Part shown: positions 29,195 through 38,540 of the stretch, in pieces
Layout of the letters: every line of letters begins with the position of its first letter
How positions within the stretch are numbered: the stretch's first letter is position 1
The notes under the pieces: model-generated
Databases searched by the model: none
What the model was told of the DNA's origin: nothing
Seen by the model: only the letters and a program-made list of their open reading frames with translations
Assembly: GCA_965195285.1 (NCBI GenBank)
Contig: CBDAFS010000009.1
Coordinates: 1 to 64,000, forward strand
Length of the DNA stretch: 64,000 nt
Reading direction: 5' to 3'
DNA from: an uncultured Aminicenantes bacterium
GTDB lineage: Bacteria > Acidobacteriota > Aminicenantia > UBA2199
Translations under genes and position numbers: made by a program

Positions 29195-30007
29195 ATGATT
29201 ATTGATGATATCAAAATCTCGCAGGCCATCATTGAAAATTATTTTCAAAAATTGTTGCTGGCATTAGAACTTGATGTTGCACTGGTGGGGGCCGGTCCTT
29301 CCAATTTGTTATGCGGGACCATTCTGGGGGAATCTGGAGTGAAATCGGCAATTTTTGAATCAAAACTTTCACCCGGGGGAGGTATGTGGGGCGGGGGAAT
29401 GATGTTCAATGACATTGTGGTTCAGGAATCCGCCTTACATCTGCTGGATAAGATGGATATTCGATATAAACCACACGACCAAGGTTATTATGTGGCGGAC
29501 AGTGTGGAATCAACTTCCACCTTGATATCCAAATGTGTTAAAGCCGGCACCATAATTTTTAATCTGGTAAAAGTTGTGGATGTAATGTTCAGTGAAAGCA
29601 GTGAGCTGGATAAAAATGCCCGACATAGCAAACGCATCAATGGTCTGGTCTTAAACTGGTCACCGGTTGAAGCCACTTCTCTGCATGTAGATCCATTAAC
29701 CATCCGGTCGAAGTTTGTGGTTGACGGTACCGGACACCTGGCCGAGGTGTGTTCGCTCATTACCCGGAAACTGGGTGAAGAATTGGATACCAAAACCGGT
29801 CAGGTGGTTGGCGAAATGTCCATGTGTGCCGATAAAGGGGAAGAACTAACCGTGTCGAATTCGGTTGAAATTTTCCCCGGGTTGTATGTGACGGGCATGG
29901 CGGCCAATGCATCCAAAGGTGCACCCAGAATGGGGCCGATTTTTGGAGGCATGCTGCTTTCCGGAGAGAAGGTTGCCCGTGAATTAATCAGTCGATTGAA
30001 CGAATGA
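29195..30007 (+). CDS. thi4: sulfide-dependent ADP-thiazole synthase (non-Cys Thi4)
   Basis: GAGPS, PGGGMWGGG, LHVDP, DGTGH, RMGPIFGGMLLSG. Confidence 0.93.
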   Translation: MIIDDIKISQAIIENYFQKLLLALELDVALVGAGPSNLLCGTILGESGVKSAIFESKLSPGGGMWGGGMMFNDIVVQESALHLLDKMDIRYKPHDQGYYVADSVESTSTLISKCVKAGTIIFNLVKVVDVMFSESSELDKNARHSKRINGLVLNWSPVEATSLHVDPLTIRSKFVVDGTGHLAEVCSLITRKLGEELDTKTGQVVGEMSMCADKGEELTVSNSVEIFPGLYVTGMAANASKGAPRMGPIFGGMLLSGEKVARELISRLNE

Positions 30008-31125
30008 GACCGAAGCGATTTTGTCCTTTCTGCCAGCATATTTTATCAAAAAAAATTATTGAAGGCTGCCAGCGGCTTTATTGCCCGCAATGTCAGAGTC
30101 CCCTGTATGAGAATCCAACCCCGGCCACTGCTGCGATTTACTTCAATGAAAACCGTGAGGTCCTGCTGGTGAAGAGAAAGGTAAACCCCAATAAGGGTGA
30201 CTGGTGTTTGCCTGGCGGTTATGTTGAAATGGAGGAAGCCCCGGAAGCGTGTTGTCTGCGAGAGTTGAAAGAGGAGACCAATCTGGAGGGTGATATTAAG
30301 AAACTGGTGGGAGTCTATCTGAGTGAAAGTCCGGTTTACAAATCGGTATTGGTGATCGGCTATTGGTTGGCTGAAGTAAGGGGGGAGTTAATGGCGGGTG
30401 ATGATTCCGAAGCCGTGCGGTTTTATCCGATCGATCAATTGCCAACTATTGCCTTTCGGAGCCACCGTTCCCTGATAGACGATGTCATGAGATTATCCGG
30501 AAATTTCAAATTAAGGCTGGCAGCGCCGGTGGAAAAGTTCCACTTTGGCGCTTATGTGATTACCAGTTCAAATCATGTTGAAATGGCAAAAAGAGCCTGT
30601 GAGGCCGGAGCCCGCATCATTCAGTATCGGGATAAAGGTTCAGATAAAAGGGCGATTTTGAAAAAAGCCAAAGTAATCCGGAATATCACCCGGCAAACCA
30701 ATACCCGATTCATGGTTAATGATCATATTGATATTGCTCGTTTGGCCCGGGCCGATGGCGTTCATCTGGGACAGGGTGATCTTCCGATTCATGAAGCCAG
30801 AATGCTCCTTCCCGATCATTTTATTATTGGCTTTTCCACCCATTCACTGGAACAGGCACTCCAGGCCCAGGCTGACGGGGCGGATTATATTGCCATTGGC
30901 CCGGTTTTTTCAACTCCTACCAAGGAGGATTATCCGGCTGTGGGATTGGATATGGTTGAAAAGGTGATTAAAGCTGTTTCCATCCCGGTTGTGGCTATCG
31001 GTGGGTTAAATCTTGGAAATGTGGCTGATTTGAAGAAAATCGGAGTTGGAAATGTGGCCATGATCAGAGCCTTTCAGCGGAATACCGAAATGATAGTCAA
31101 ACAGTTAAATAAGCAACTTCTGTGA
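30004..31125 (+). CDS. thiE: Zn-ribbon NUDIX hydrolase fused to thiamine-phosphate synthase
   Basis: CPFC/CPQC, Nudix box GYVEMEEAPEACCLRELKEETNL, then QYRDK, VNDH, DGVHLGQGD, STH, GPVFSTPTK, AIGG in one ORF. Confidence 0.88.
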   Translation: MRPKRFCPFCQHILSKKIIEGCQRLYCPQCQSPLYENPTPATAAIYFNENREVLLVKRKVNPNKGDWCLPGGYVEMEEAPEACCLRELKEETNLEGDIKKLVGVYLSESPVYKSVLVIGYWLAEVRGELMAGDDSEAVRFYPIDQLPTIAFRSHRSLIDDVMRLSGNFKLRLAAPVEKFHFGAYVITSSNHVEMAKRACEAGARIIQYRDKGSDKRAILKKAKVIRNITRQTNTRFMVNDHIDIARLARADGVHLGQGDLPIHEARMLLPDHFIIGFSTHSLEQALQAQADGADYIAIGPVFSTPTKEDYPAVGLDMVEKVIKAVSIPVVAIGGLNLGNVADLKKIGVGNVAMIRAFQRNTEMIVKQLNKQLL

Positions 31126-31161
31126 TTTTCTTCTCTATGACAGTCATGTCAAAAAAAGGCC

Positions 31162-31899
31162 TTATTTCTTTCCCACTGTCGCAATATAGATAACAACCTG
31201 TTTTTCCGTATTACACTTCAGGATTTGGTTCAGGTCATCGTCGGAAAAAGCGGCAATAGCACAGACTCCGCACTGAATGGCTTCAGCACTCAGGTAGAGA
31301 TTCTGACAGACATGTCCGGCATCCAGGAACAGGTAACGATATCCCCTCTCACTATAACGCCAGTTCATTCGGTAGGGGACTGCTGTCCAGATAAAGGTGG
31401 CCGCACAGGTTTTAACAAAGGTCTGTCCCAGACAGGCTGCGGTGATTTTATCCGCAATTTGGAGATCCGAATTAATTTCTATCAGGGTGTGATTAATGGC
31501 CAGAAAGCGGTAAAGTCCGGGATTCAATTGTGTGACCTGGTTAATCAGTAAATAGGTTTCCAGGGCATGGCGGGCACCGGCAGAGGGCACGGTTCGTAAG
31601 GTTCCGGATCCCGGATATAGGTGTTTGACCCCCTGAGTACACCAGAGCAGGAAGGACAATTCCTCTAGTGTGAGGGGGATTTTTGAATAGTTACGAATAC
31701 TCTGACGGTTTTCGATAGCACTTTTTATACTGATATCGGATACGGTTTTGGGTTCGGGCCTGGGGAGATCGATTTTAGGTTGATTAGGATCGCTTTCAAT
31801 TTCCAAAGGAGGAGATGAGATCCCTTTCATCTGGTCTGAGATACTCAGATTCTGAAATTTTGTTTTTTCTAAAAACAACTTGCCAATATTTTTTTCCAA
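31162..31899 (-). CDS. SagB/ThcOx-family nitroreductase
   Basis: RQSIRNY, LRTVPSAGARH, RGYRY..LDAGHVCQNL; TTG start with AAGGAG. Confidence 0.88.
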   Translation of the reverse strand: MEKNIGKLFLEKTKFQNLSISDQMKGISSPPLEIESDPNQPKIDLPRPEPKTVSDISIKSAIENRQSIRNYSKIPLTLEELSFLLWCTQGVKHLYPGSGTLRTVPSAGARHALETYLLINQVTQLNPGLYRFLAINHTLIEINSDLQIADKITAACLGQTFVKTCAATFIWTAVPYRMNWRYSERGYRYLFLDAGHVCQNLYLSAEAIQCGVCAIAAFSDDDLNQILKCNTEKQVVIYIATVGKK

Positions 31900-31911
31900 A
31901 TCAAACTCCTT

Positions 31912-32853
31912 TTAGTGGGTTTGGTGGGGACGGTCTTTTGTTTTTTTGATTTTTTCTTTTAATAGTCTTTGTTTGGTGCTGGAATACAAACTTCCCAGTG
32001 ATGAAAACTTAATATCACTAAATTCGGGTAACTCTTTGATTTCTCGATACTTCAACCCTGATTTGTCCCTTAACAATATCAATAGTTCTCCCCTTAATCT
32101 TTTTCCCTTATGGCTATTAATATCAATCTCAGAAATTCGGATATTCTTTTTTCTTTCAAACTCGTAATATACTTTTTCTATAGACTCAAAATACATGTCA
32201 TCCTTTCTTTTATTATTTCTTATAGATTCAGTTTTCCTTCGATCATATTTTTCCTCTGCCTCTTTTATAAACTTTTCTGTTCCCAAGATTCTGCCGAATT
32301 TGGTAGGGTAGTCAATCATATTTTTTATGTTGAATTTATTCACAGATTCAATAAAGTTCCTTTTACTGATAAATAAATTCTCAACAAATTTCATATCCAC
32401 GAATGATTGATTTACTCTTCTGAAATATAATCTTGCGCTGGACCAAGTGTAATCCAAAAAATTCGGACTGATACCTGCTTCAACCGGATTTTGTAAAACA
32501 TATTTTATAGCAGTTAATAAATAGGCTTCATCTTGGATCAAGGTTGATCGAAAACGATCTTGAAATACATATCCTTTTCCCCCGACTGACTTCCTGTAGT
32601 AGATACCATAAGAACTATTGAGTTGCTTCATAAAATCAGATAATTTTCCCGATGCATTCTCCAAGACCAGATGAAAATGATTATCCATGACACAATAACA
32701 AAAAATTCTGATTCTAGATAAGTTCGATTTCTCCGTCAGTAATTGAATATATTTTTGTTTCATTTCAGCGGAGAGAAATATATTTTCGTTACCCAATCCT
32801 TTATTCATTACATGATGGAAGGCACCCACCCAGGTTAATCGTGCATGTCTCAT
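31912..32853 (-). CDS. HUH Y1 (REP-associated/RAYT-like) transposase with C-terminal HTH-like extension
   Basis: FHHVMNKG, MDNHFHL, GYVFQDRF, YVLQNPV.AG, Y.WSS. Confidence 0.88.
   Translation of the reverse strand: MRHARLTWVGAFHHVMNKGLGNENIFLSAEMKQKYIQLLTEKSNLSRIRIFCYCVMDNHFHLVLENASGKLSDFMKQLNSSYGIYYRKSVGGKGYVFQDRFRSTLIQDEAYLLTAIKYVLQNPVEAGISPNFLDYTWSSARLYFRRVNQSFVDMKFVENLFISKRNFIESVNKFNIKNMIDYPTKFGRILGTEKFIKEAEEKYDRRKTESIRNNKRKDDMYFESIEKVYYEFERKKNIRISEIDINSHKGKRLRGELLILLRDKSGLKYREIKELPEFSDIKFSSLGSLYSSTKQRLLKEKIKKTKDRPHQTH
31925..31955 (+). repeat. left inverted repeat
   Basis: TGGGGACGGTCTTTTGTTTTTTTGATTTTTT. Confidence 0.85.
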
Positions 32854-32868
32854 GTTTAAATTATATAA

Positions 32869-32899
32869 AAAAAATCATAAAAACAAAAGACCGTCCCCA
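32869..32899 (-). repeat. right inverted repeat
   Basis: Reverse complement TGGGGACGGTCTTTTGTTTTTATGATTTTTT. Confidence 0.85.
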
Positions 32900-32976
32900 A
32901 AACATTGAGAAAAGTCAATTCTGTGTTGATTTGATTTTGATTGCCCTGCATGCTAACATGGATTAGCAGGTGAATT

Positions 32977-33396
32977 ATGGAAAAGGTAAGTCGTTTCGGG
33001 GTTTCGTTGGAATCATCACTTCTGAACCAATTTGATCCGTTGTTGAAAAAACTGGGGTACAAAAGCCGCTCAGAGGCTATTCGGGATCTGATTCGGGAAC
33101 GGCTGGTGGCTGAAGAATGGAAAGTAGGTGATTTTAATACCATCGGGGTTCTGAGCCTGGTCTACAATCATCATATCCGGGAGCTTTCGGAGGCTCTGAA
33201 CCGCATCCAGCATCGGAATCTGGAACTGATTATTTCCTCGACTCATATTCATGTGGATCGCCACAATTGTCTGGAGGTCATTATATTGAAAGGGAAGAGT
33301 CTTCAGATCAAGAAAATTTCCGATGAATTACTGAGTACCCGTGGAGTCAAGCACGGGAAACTCATCATGACCACAACCGGTTCGCAGATCGATTGA
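32977..33396 (+). CDS. nikR: nickel-responsive regulator NikR
   Basis: RHH domain RFGVSL..SRSEAIRD; HIH..HNCLE; GVKHG. Confidence 0.93.
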   Translation: MEKVSRFGVSLESSLLNQFDPLLKKLGYKSRSEAIRDLIRERLVAEEWKVGDFNTIGVLSLVYNHHIRELSEALNRIQHRNLELIISSTHIHVDRHNCLEVIILKGKSLQIKKISDELLSTRGVKHGKLIMTTTGSQID

Positions 33397-33498
33397 AAAG
33401 ATTGAGTATAGACATTAATGGTTAAATCAATAATCAATCAAGGTTTCGATTAATACCTGAGGGTTTTGATGTTTTGAAAAAAGCAAAAAAATCCCAAT

Positions 33499-34866
33499 TT
33501 ATTTAATGAAGATGGTTTTTATATTGACAAATTCTTTAATACCGAAATGAGACAATTCACGCCCATAGCCGCTCTGTTTGACCCCTCCGAAAGGCAGCCG
33601 GGGATCTGATCGGACAAAGGTATTCAGGAAGCAGCTCCCGGCCTCGATTTCCTGCTCGGCCAGTTGCCGGCCTCTTTTCAGATTTCGGGTAAAAATGGCT
33701 GCGCCCAGCCCGAATTCCGAATCATTGGCAACACGGATGGCTTCTGTTTCATCCTTAACTGGAATAATCGCGGCCACCGGTCCGAATAACTCCTCCTCAT
33801 AAGCGGGCATGCCCGGCTTAACCCCGGTTAAAACAGTTGCCGGATAAAAGGCTCCTTTTCCTTTCGGGATTTTGCCTCCCAGCAAGCACCTGGCTCCCTT
33901 GCTTATACTCTCTTGTACTTGACTGTGAAGTTCATCTCTGAGATCAAAACGGGCCAGCGGGCCGATCCGCACATCTTCATCAAACGGATTTCCCATCGGA
34001 TAAGTCTTTATCTGTTCGACAAACAGGATTTCGAATTTTTCCTGAATTTTTTCGGCAACGACAAAGCGCTTGGCAGCGATACAGCTCTGGCCGGAATTAA
34101 TGAAGCGGCTAAACACGCAGTCTTTAACTGTCTCTTCAATATCCGCATCTTCCAAAACAATATATGGATCACTTCCTCCCAGTTCCACTACGATTTTCTT
34201 GAGCATGGTGCCGGCTTTTCCGGCCACCTCTCTCCCGGCCGGTGTGCTTCCGGTCAGGGTGACCGCTTGAATGAATGGGTGCTCGATCACTGAACCGACC
34301 TGGCTGCTAGTTATCAGCAGGGTTTTGAAAAGATTTTCCGGGAATGCTGCCCGGTTAAAAACATCCTGGATGGCCAGGGCACATCCCGGAACGTTGGAGG
34401 CATGTTTCAATATAGCGGCATTACCCGCCATCAGGGTAGGAGCGGCAAAACGGAAAACCTGCCAGAAGGGAAAATTCCAAGGCATGACCGCCAGAATGAC
34501 ACCCAGTGGTTGAAAGGAAACAAAGCTCTCTGAGGCATTGGTGGGAATTATTTCCGGTTTTAAAAAACCTTCAGCATTATCTGCATAGTAATCGCATACC
34601 CAGGCGCATTTTTCAACTTCGCCCCGGCCTTCTTTGATTGGCTTTCCCATTTCCAGGGTCATCAATTCAGCATATTGACTGATGTTTTCCCTCAATATCC
34701 GGGCTGCAATTTTCATATGCCGTGATCGCTCTGAAAAGGTGGTACGGCGCCACGATAAAAAGGCAAAGCGGCTTGCTTCTATGGCCTGCTCAATCTGAGG
34801 CTGGTCCAAGAGCGGGTATGATTTTATCTCCTCACCGTTGGCTGGATTGATTGCTATGATTTCCAT
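33499..34866 (-). CDS. NAD(P)-dependent succinate-semialdehyde dehydrogenase (Sad/GabD1-like)
   Basis: MPWNFP, LTGS, ELGGSD, GQSCIAAKR, EELFGP. Confidence 0.9.
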   Translation of the reverse strand: MEIIAINPANGEEIKSYPLLDQPQIEQAIEASRFAFLSWRRTTFSERSRHMKIAARILRENISQYAELMTLEMGKPIKEGRGEVEKCAWVCDYYADNAEGFLKPEIIPTNASESFVSFQPLGVILAVMPWNFPFWQVFRFAAPTLMAGNAAILKHASNVPGCALAIQDVFNRAAFPENLFKTLLITSSQVGSVIEHPFIQAVTLTGSTPAGREVAGKAGTMLKKIVVELGGSDPYIVLEDADIEETVKDCVFSRFINSGQSCIAAKRFVVAEKIQEKFEILFVEQIKTYPMGNPFDEDVRIGPLARFDLRDELHSQVQESISKGARCLLGGKIPKGKGAFYPATVLTGVKPGMPAYEEELFGPVAAIIPVKDETEAIRVANDSEFGLGAAIFTRNLKRGRQLAEQEIEAGSCFLNTFVRSDPRLPFGGVKQSGYGRELSHFGIKEFVNIKTIFIK

Positions 34867-34932
34867 TTCGATCTCCCCTTATACAAAACCGGTTCTCAGT
34901 GGGTTTAATTTCCCGGTATTTGATCATTGAGT

Positions 34933-36609
34933 TTAAAAGAGCATGATTTTTTTTATACGGTCATACTGGCAGATTTCAGCCAGTAATTCCATGCCGGATA
35001 TAACCTGGGCAAATACAGTATAGTTGTGATTGAGATGGGGTGTGGCCAAGTGGGTAATAAAATATTGGCTACCGCCGGTGTCTTTTCCGGCCAGTGCCAT
35101 ACCCACCCTGCCCCCTTGGTCGTATTTGATCTGGTTGTATTCACAGGGAATAGAATATCCCGGGCCTCCCGAGCCAGTGCCGGAAGGATCCCCGTCCTGG
35201 CTCACAAAAGCGGGTATCACCCGGTGAAAATACACCTGGTTAAAAAATTGCTTTTCGACCAGTATGATAAAATTAAAACAGGTCATGGGAGCGGCCCGGA
35301 GAAAGAATTTACACCGTATAGATCCCTTTTCGGTCTTAATTTCGAACCCCTGGTATTTTGTAATCCTGCTTAAAAGTGCCTGGTAGAAGATGATGGGGCG
35401 CCTGGGCGGAGCCGGTTTAAAATACCCGAAATCCCTGAGCTCCGAGTTGAATTTACCCTTGGCCCTGGCCATTCTGACAATTTCTTCCTTATCGATACCT
35501 TCCTGCTGATAGAGTAAATATTGCAGGGCAAAAGTCGAATCATTTTTTTGAAATATGTCTTTGGCATATGAGACAGATTTTTCTTTTCCCCATTGGTTTT
35601 CCAAAAACATGATCTTGGCTTTATCTGAAAGGCCACTGGACATAACCAGTTTCAAATCCTGTTTGTTCAGGAATGGTGCAGACACTTCACTGAATAATCC
35701 GGTTTTGTCAAAAATATTTTTTATCACGGTCTTATCTTTTGATATCGATGCCAGGATTTCCGCCTGCATGGGATTCAGTTGATCCGGATTAATTTGCATC
35801 GGGTTCCCGTTGTTTTTGAGATAAACCTGGAGGGCGGCTGCTCTAACCAGTTCATGGGGGTCATCCAGTAATACAGTTGCCGCTGCAACCGAATTGCTGG
35901 CCTTTACCGCTGAGATCCTCACCTGCCAGGCCGGGTCCTTTAAAAATACTTCCGGGTGATCACAGACCAGACAGCCGTAGTAACGGTTGGTAAGGTCCAG
36001 GTTGCTTATTCTCCCGGTTTTGATGATCCCTGTGGTTCGGGATCGATAGATTGAGTAAATGGTTGCCCGGGGGTATTTCTCATAGTAGGATTTTAATATG
36101 TCCGGGGTCAGATGGTCTTTAGATCTCCACAGGTTGGCAGCGACAGTGGGTTGAAACTCCTTCAGGGAAAGGGCATGTTGAAAGGCCTCTTGGATATTCA
36201 AATAAAGCAGGGTCTCCACCATGACAGCGGAGAGGGAAAAAGTTTTCAGTATTTCCAAGACTTTTTCTTTGGGGAATCCGTTTTCCGGATAACGGGCCGC
36301 AATGGCCAGAAAATCGGTGACGTTTCGGTTGTGGGCATACCTTTTTGAAAGGATTTGCCAGGATTTGAAGGAGGGAATTCGGCCGGCAGCATGAGCCATC
36401 TGTTCGGCGATTTTCGACATGCCGGTTTTCAACCGTGAAATGAGTTTTACCAGCCGGATTTCATCCCGACTGTCTTCTGCTTGTAATAGCTCTGCCAGTA
36501 TTTTTTTTTCTTGGTTGTTAACCTTTGTTCCCTGGCCCGGGGAAGAAACTCCCAGAAGATAAATTGAAAACAGAAATGATACGGTTTGTGTTATTGCTGA
36601 ATGCATCAC
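34933..36609 (-). CDS. HEAT-repeat protein with C-terminal cyclophilin PPIase
   Basis: DPAWQVR/DPHELVR repeats; FHRVIP.FV.Q.GDP, GKDTGGSQYFI. Confidence 0.85.
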   Translation of the reverse strand: MMHSAITQTVSFLFSIYLLGVSSPGQGTKVNNQEKKILAELLQAEDSRDEIRLVKLISRLKTGMSKIAEQMAHAAGRIPSFKSWQILSKRYAHNRNVTDFLAIAARYPENGFPKEKVLEILKTFSLSAVMVETLLYLNIQEAFQHALSLKEFQPTVAANLWRSKDHLTPDILKSYYEKYPRATIYSIYRSRTTGIIKTGRISNLDLTNRYYGCLVCDHPEVFLKDPAWQVRISAVKASNSVAAATVLLDDPHELVRAAALQVYLKNNGNPMQINPDQLNPMQAEILASISKDKTVIKNIFDKTGLFSEVSAPFLNKQDLKLVMSSGLSDKAKIMFLENQWGKEKSVSYAKDIFQKNDSTFALQYLLYQQEGIDKEEIVRMARAKGKFNSELRDFGYFKPAPPRRPIIFYQALLSRITKYQGFEIKTEKGSIRCKFFLRAAPMTCFNFIILVEKQFFNQVYFHRVIPAFVSQDGDPSGTGSGGPGYSIPCEYNQIKYDQGGRVGMALAGKDTGGSQYFITHLATPHLNHNYTVFAQVISGMELLAEICQYDRIKKIMLF

Positions 36610-37352
36610 TCTTTTTCTTTTATGATGACTTTTATTTTGTCCTTCAGCAAAGCTTTGAACTCTCTGGCGTCCTGGTTCTGGCCTTCATACAAACCATAAT
36701 GAATGGGTATGGCCACTTTGGCTTTGACATCGATGGCTGCTTCGGCCGCTTCTTTGATACTGTTCATGGTATAGGTCTGGCCCAGCGGCAACAGGGCAAT
36801 ATCGCATTCTAAACCTTTCATCTCCGGAATTCTTTCCGTATCCCCGGCGTGATAAATTTTGATCCCGTTAAGGGTCAGAACATATCCCACCCATTGGTTT
36901 TCTTTGGGATGAAAATTGGTTTTTATGATATTGTATGCTGGAACTGCCTCAATCAGGATACCTCCTACTTGCGTTTTAAACCCCGGTTCTGAAGTGATGG
37001 TTTTTTCTTTTGGGATATTTTTTATTTTAGCCAAGCAATCTTCGGGAGCTATGATAATGGTATTTGAACTGGAAATTTTCGAAATATCTCCGGGAGAGAG
37101 ATGATCGCTGTGGCTATGGGTGATCAGGATGATATCCGCCTGATCGGTTTTTTTTATTTGGAAAGGGTCAATATAGATGGTTTTGCCGGGAACACTGATT
37201 TTTACGGTGGCCTGGCCGAGCCAGTGAATGTTATTTGCCATATCCATGAGTTTGCTCTCCTCTGAATGAATTTCCGGCGCCATATAGAGGAATACCAGTC
37301 CTGTGATCAAGATGATATAAAGCATATGTTGTTTCAATATCAACCTCTTCAT
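36606..37352 (-). CDS. MBL-fold metallo-hydrolase with signal peptide
   Basis: THSHSDH, YHAGDT, PIHY. Confidence 0.88.
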   Translation of the reverse strand: MKRLILKQHMLYIILITGLVFLYMAPEIHSEESKLMDMANNIHWLGQATVKISVPGKTIYIDPFQIKKTDQADIILITHSHSDHLSPGDISKISSSNTIIIAPEDCLAKIKNIPKEKTITSEPGFKTQVGGILIEAVPAYNIIKTNFHPKENQWVGYVLTLNGIKIYHAGDTERIPEMKGLECDIALLPLGQTYTMNSIKEAAEAAIDVKAKVAIPIHYGLYEGQNQDAREFKALLKDKIKVIIKEKE

Positions 37353-37355
37353 TGG

Positions 37356-38387
37356 CTAAAAAAGCCGACTGTATCCCTGTATCTCCAGGTTGGAAAGGCC
37401 TGCTTCTTTGGCCCACCTAACAGCATTATGATATTCTCTGCGGGTAATTCTCCTGGATATTTTCGGGTATTTATGTGCCTGGTGAGCCGGTCGGTACTGG
37501 GACATAATATTTAAATATGTATCTTTGGGTAAATGGCGGGAAATCCATTGAATCACATTCCGAGTTCCGCTGACATTATTGGGCAAAACCAAGTGTCTTA
37601 TCATTAATCCCCGGAGCATCAACCCATTTGCTGCAGGTCTTGCCACTCCCACCTGACGGTTCATTTCCAGTAGGGCTTTACGGCTGATCTCAGGATAGGA
37701 AAAGGCATCGGCTGAATATTTTCCTGCCATTTCAGGGTCGGAATATTTAAAATCCGGGAGATAAATGTCCACAATTCCATCCAGTAGTTTTAAAATTTCG
37801 GGTCGTTCCCAACCGCTGGTGTTATATACCAGCGGTATCTTTAATCCTCTGGCCGCGGCCAGATCCAATGCCAGCAGGATGTGGGGAGAGTAATGGGTGG
37901 GGGTTACCAGGTTTATATTATGACAACCACGCTTCTGGAGTTTCAACATCATCCCGGCCAGAGTTTCCAAACTGCAGGGAGAACCGATTCCTTCATGATT
38001 GATTCTCCAGTTGATGCAGAAAACACAGCGGAGGTTGCAGTTGGTCAGGAAAATAGTCCCGGATCCGCCCTGACCCACTAGTGGTCTTTCCTCCCCGAAA
38101 TGGGGATTGGCAGCCGACACTTCCAGTTGGGAAGATGCATGACAGAATCCTTCATGTCCACTGAGGCGATCAGTTCCGCATTCCCGGGGGCAGAGCTGGC
38201 AACTTTTCATTAGTTTCCAAAGAATTTCTCCCCTTTTTTTTAGTTCTCCGCTCCGGTGGAGTTTCAGATATGATGGTTCAAAATCTTTTTTTTTGCCCCC
38301 CTTTTCTGAATGAGGTAAATTTGCTGAAGGTAACAATCCAGCGGAAGCCAAAATCATATTTGAGCTGATGAATTGTCGTCTCTTCAT
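37356..38387 (-). CDS. PflX-like radical SAM protein with N-terminal twin-arginine motif
   Basis: CQLCPREC, HFGEE, CNLRCVFC, NINLVTPTH, DIYLPDFKY, IRHLVLP; starts MKRRQFI. Confidence 0.88.
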   Translation of the reverse strand: MKRRQFISSNMILASAGLLPSANLPHSEKGGKKKDFEPSYLKLHRSGELKKRGEILWKLMKSCQLCPRECGTDRLSGHEGFCHASSQLEVSAANPHFGEERPLVGQGGSGTIFLTNCNLRCVFCINWRINHEGIGSPCSLETLAGMMLKLQKRGCHNINLVTPTHYSPHILLALDLAAARGLKIPLVYNTSGWERPEILKLLDGIVDIYLPDFKYSDPEMAGKYSADAFSYPEISRKALLEMNRQVGVARPAANGLMLRGLMIRHLVLPNNVSGTRNVIQWISRHLPKDTYLNIMSQYRPAHQAHKYPKISRRITRREYHNAVRWAKEAGLSNLEIQGYSRLF

Positions 38388-38540
38388 CTGATTCGGTTAT
38401 GAAAGTTGATTTTTAAGATATTGGTTTCGATCTTTTCTCCATTAAATATTTAGTATAATCTCTCTCTTTTTTCAATTACATTGTTATGTTAATATTTATT
38501 TCAGCCGATCCAAATCGAATCAATGGGAATTAAAAAAATA

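Larger units (their letters stand above)
31925..32899. mobile_element. Y1-transposase element bounded by 31-bp inverted repeats
   Basis: IRs match 30/31; interior more AT-rich and CCGG-poor than the flanks. Confidence 0.75.

Noticed and set aside
31162-31899. SagB-like oxidase as part of a RiPP cluster with the rSAM genes
   Set aside because: 3.4 kb away, separated by pgeF and thi genes; no YcaO or precursor; stand-alone members are common
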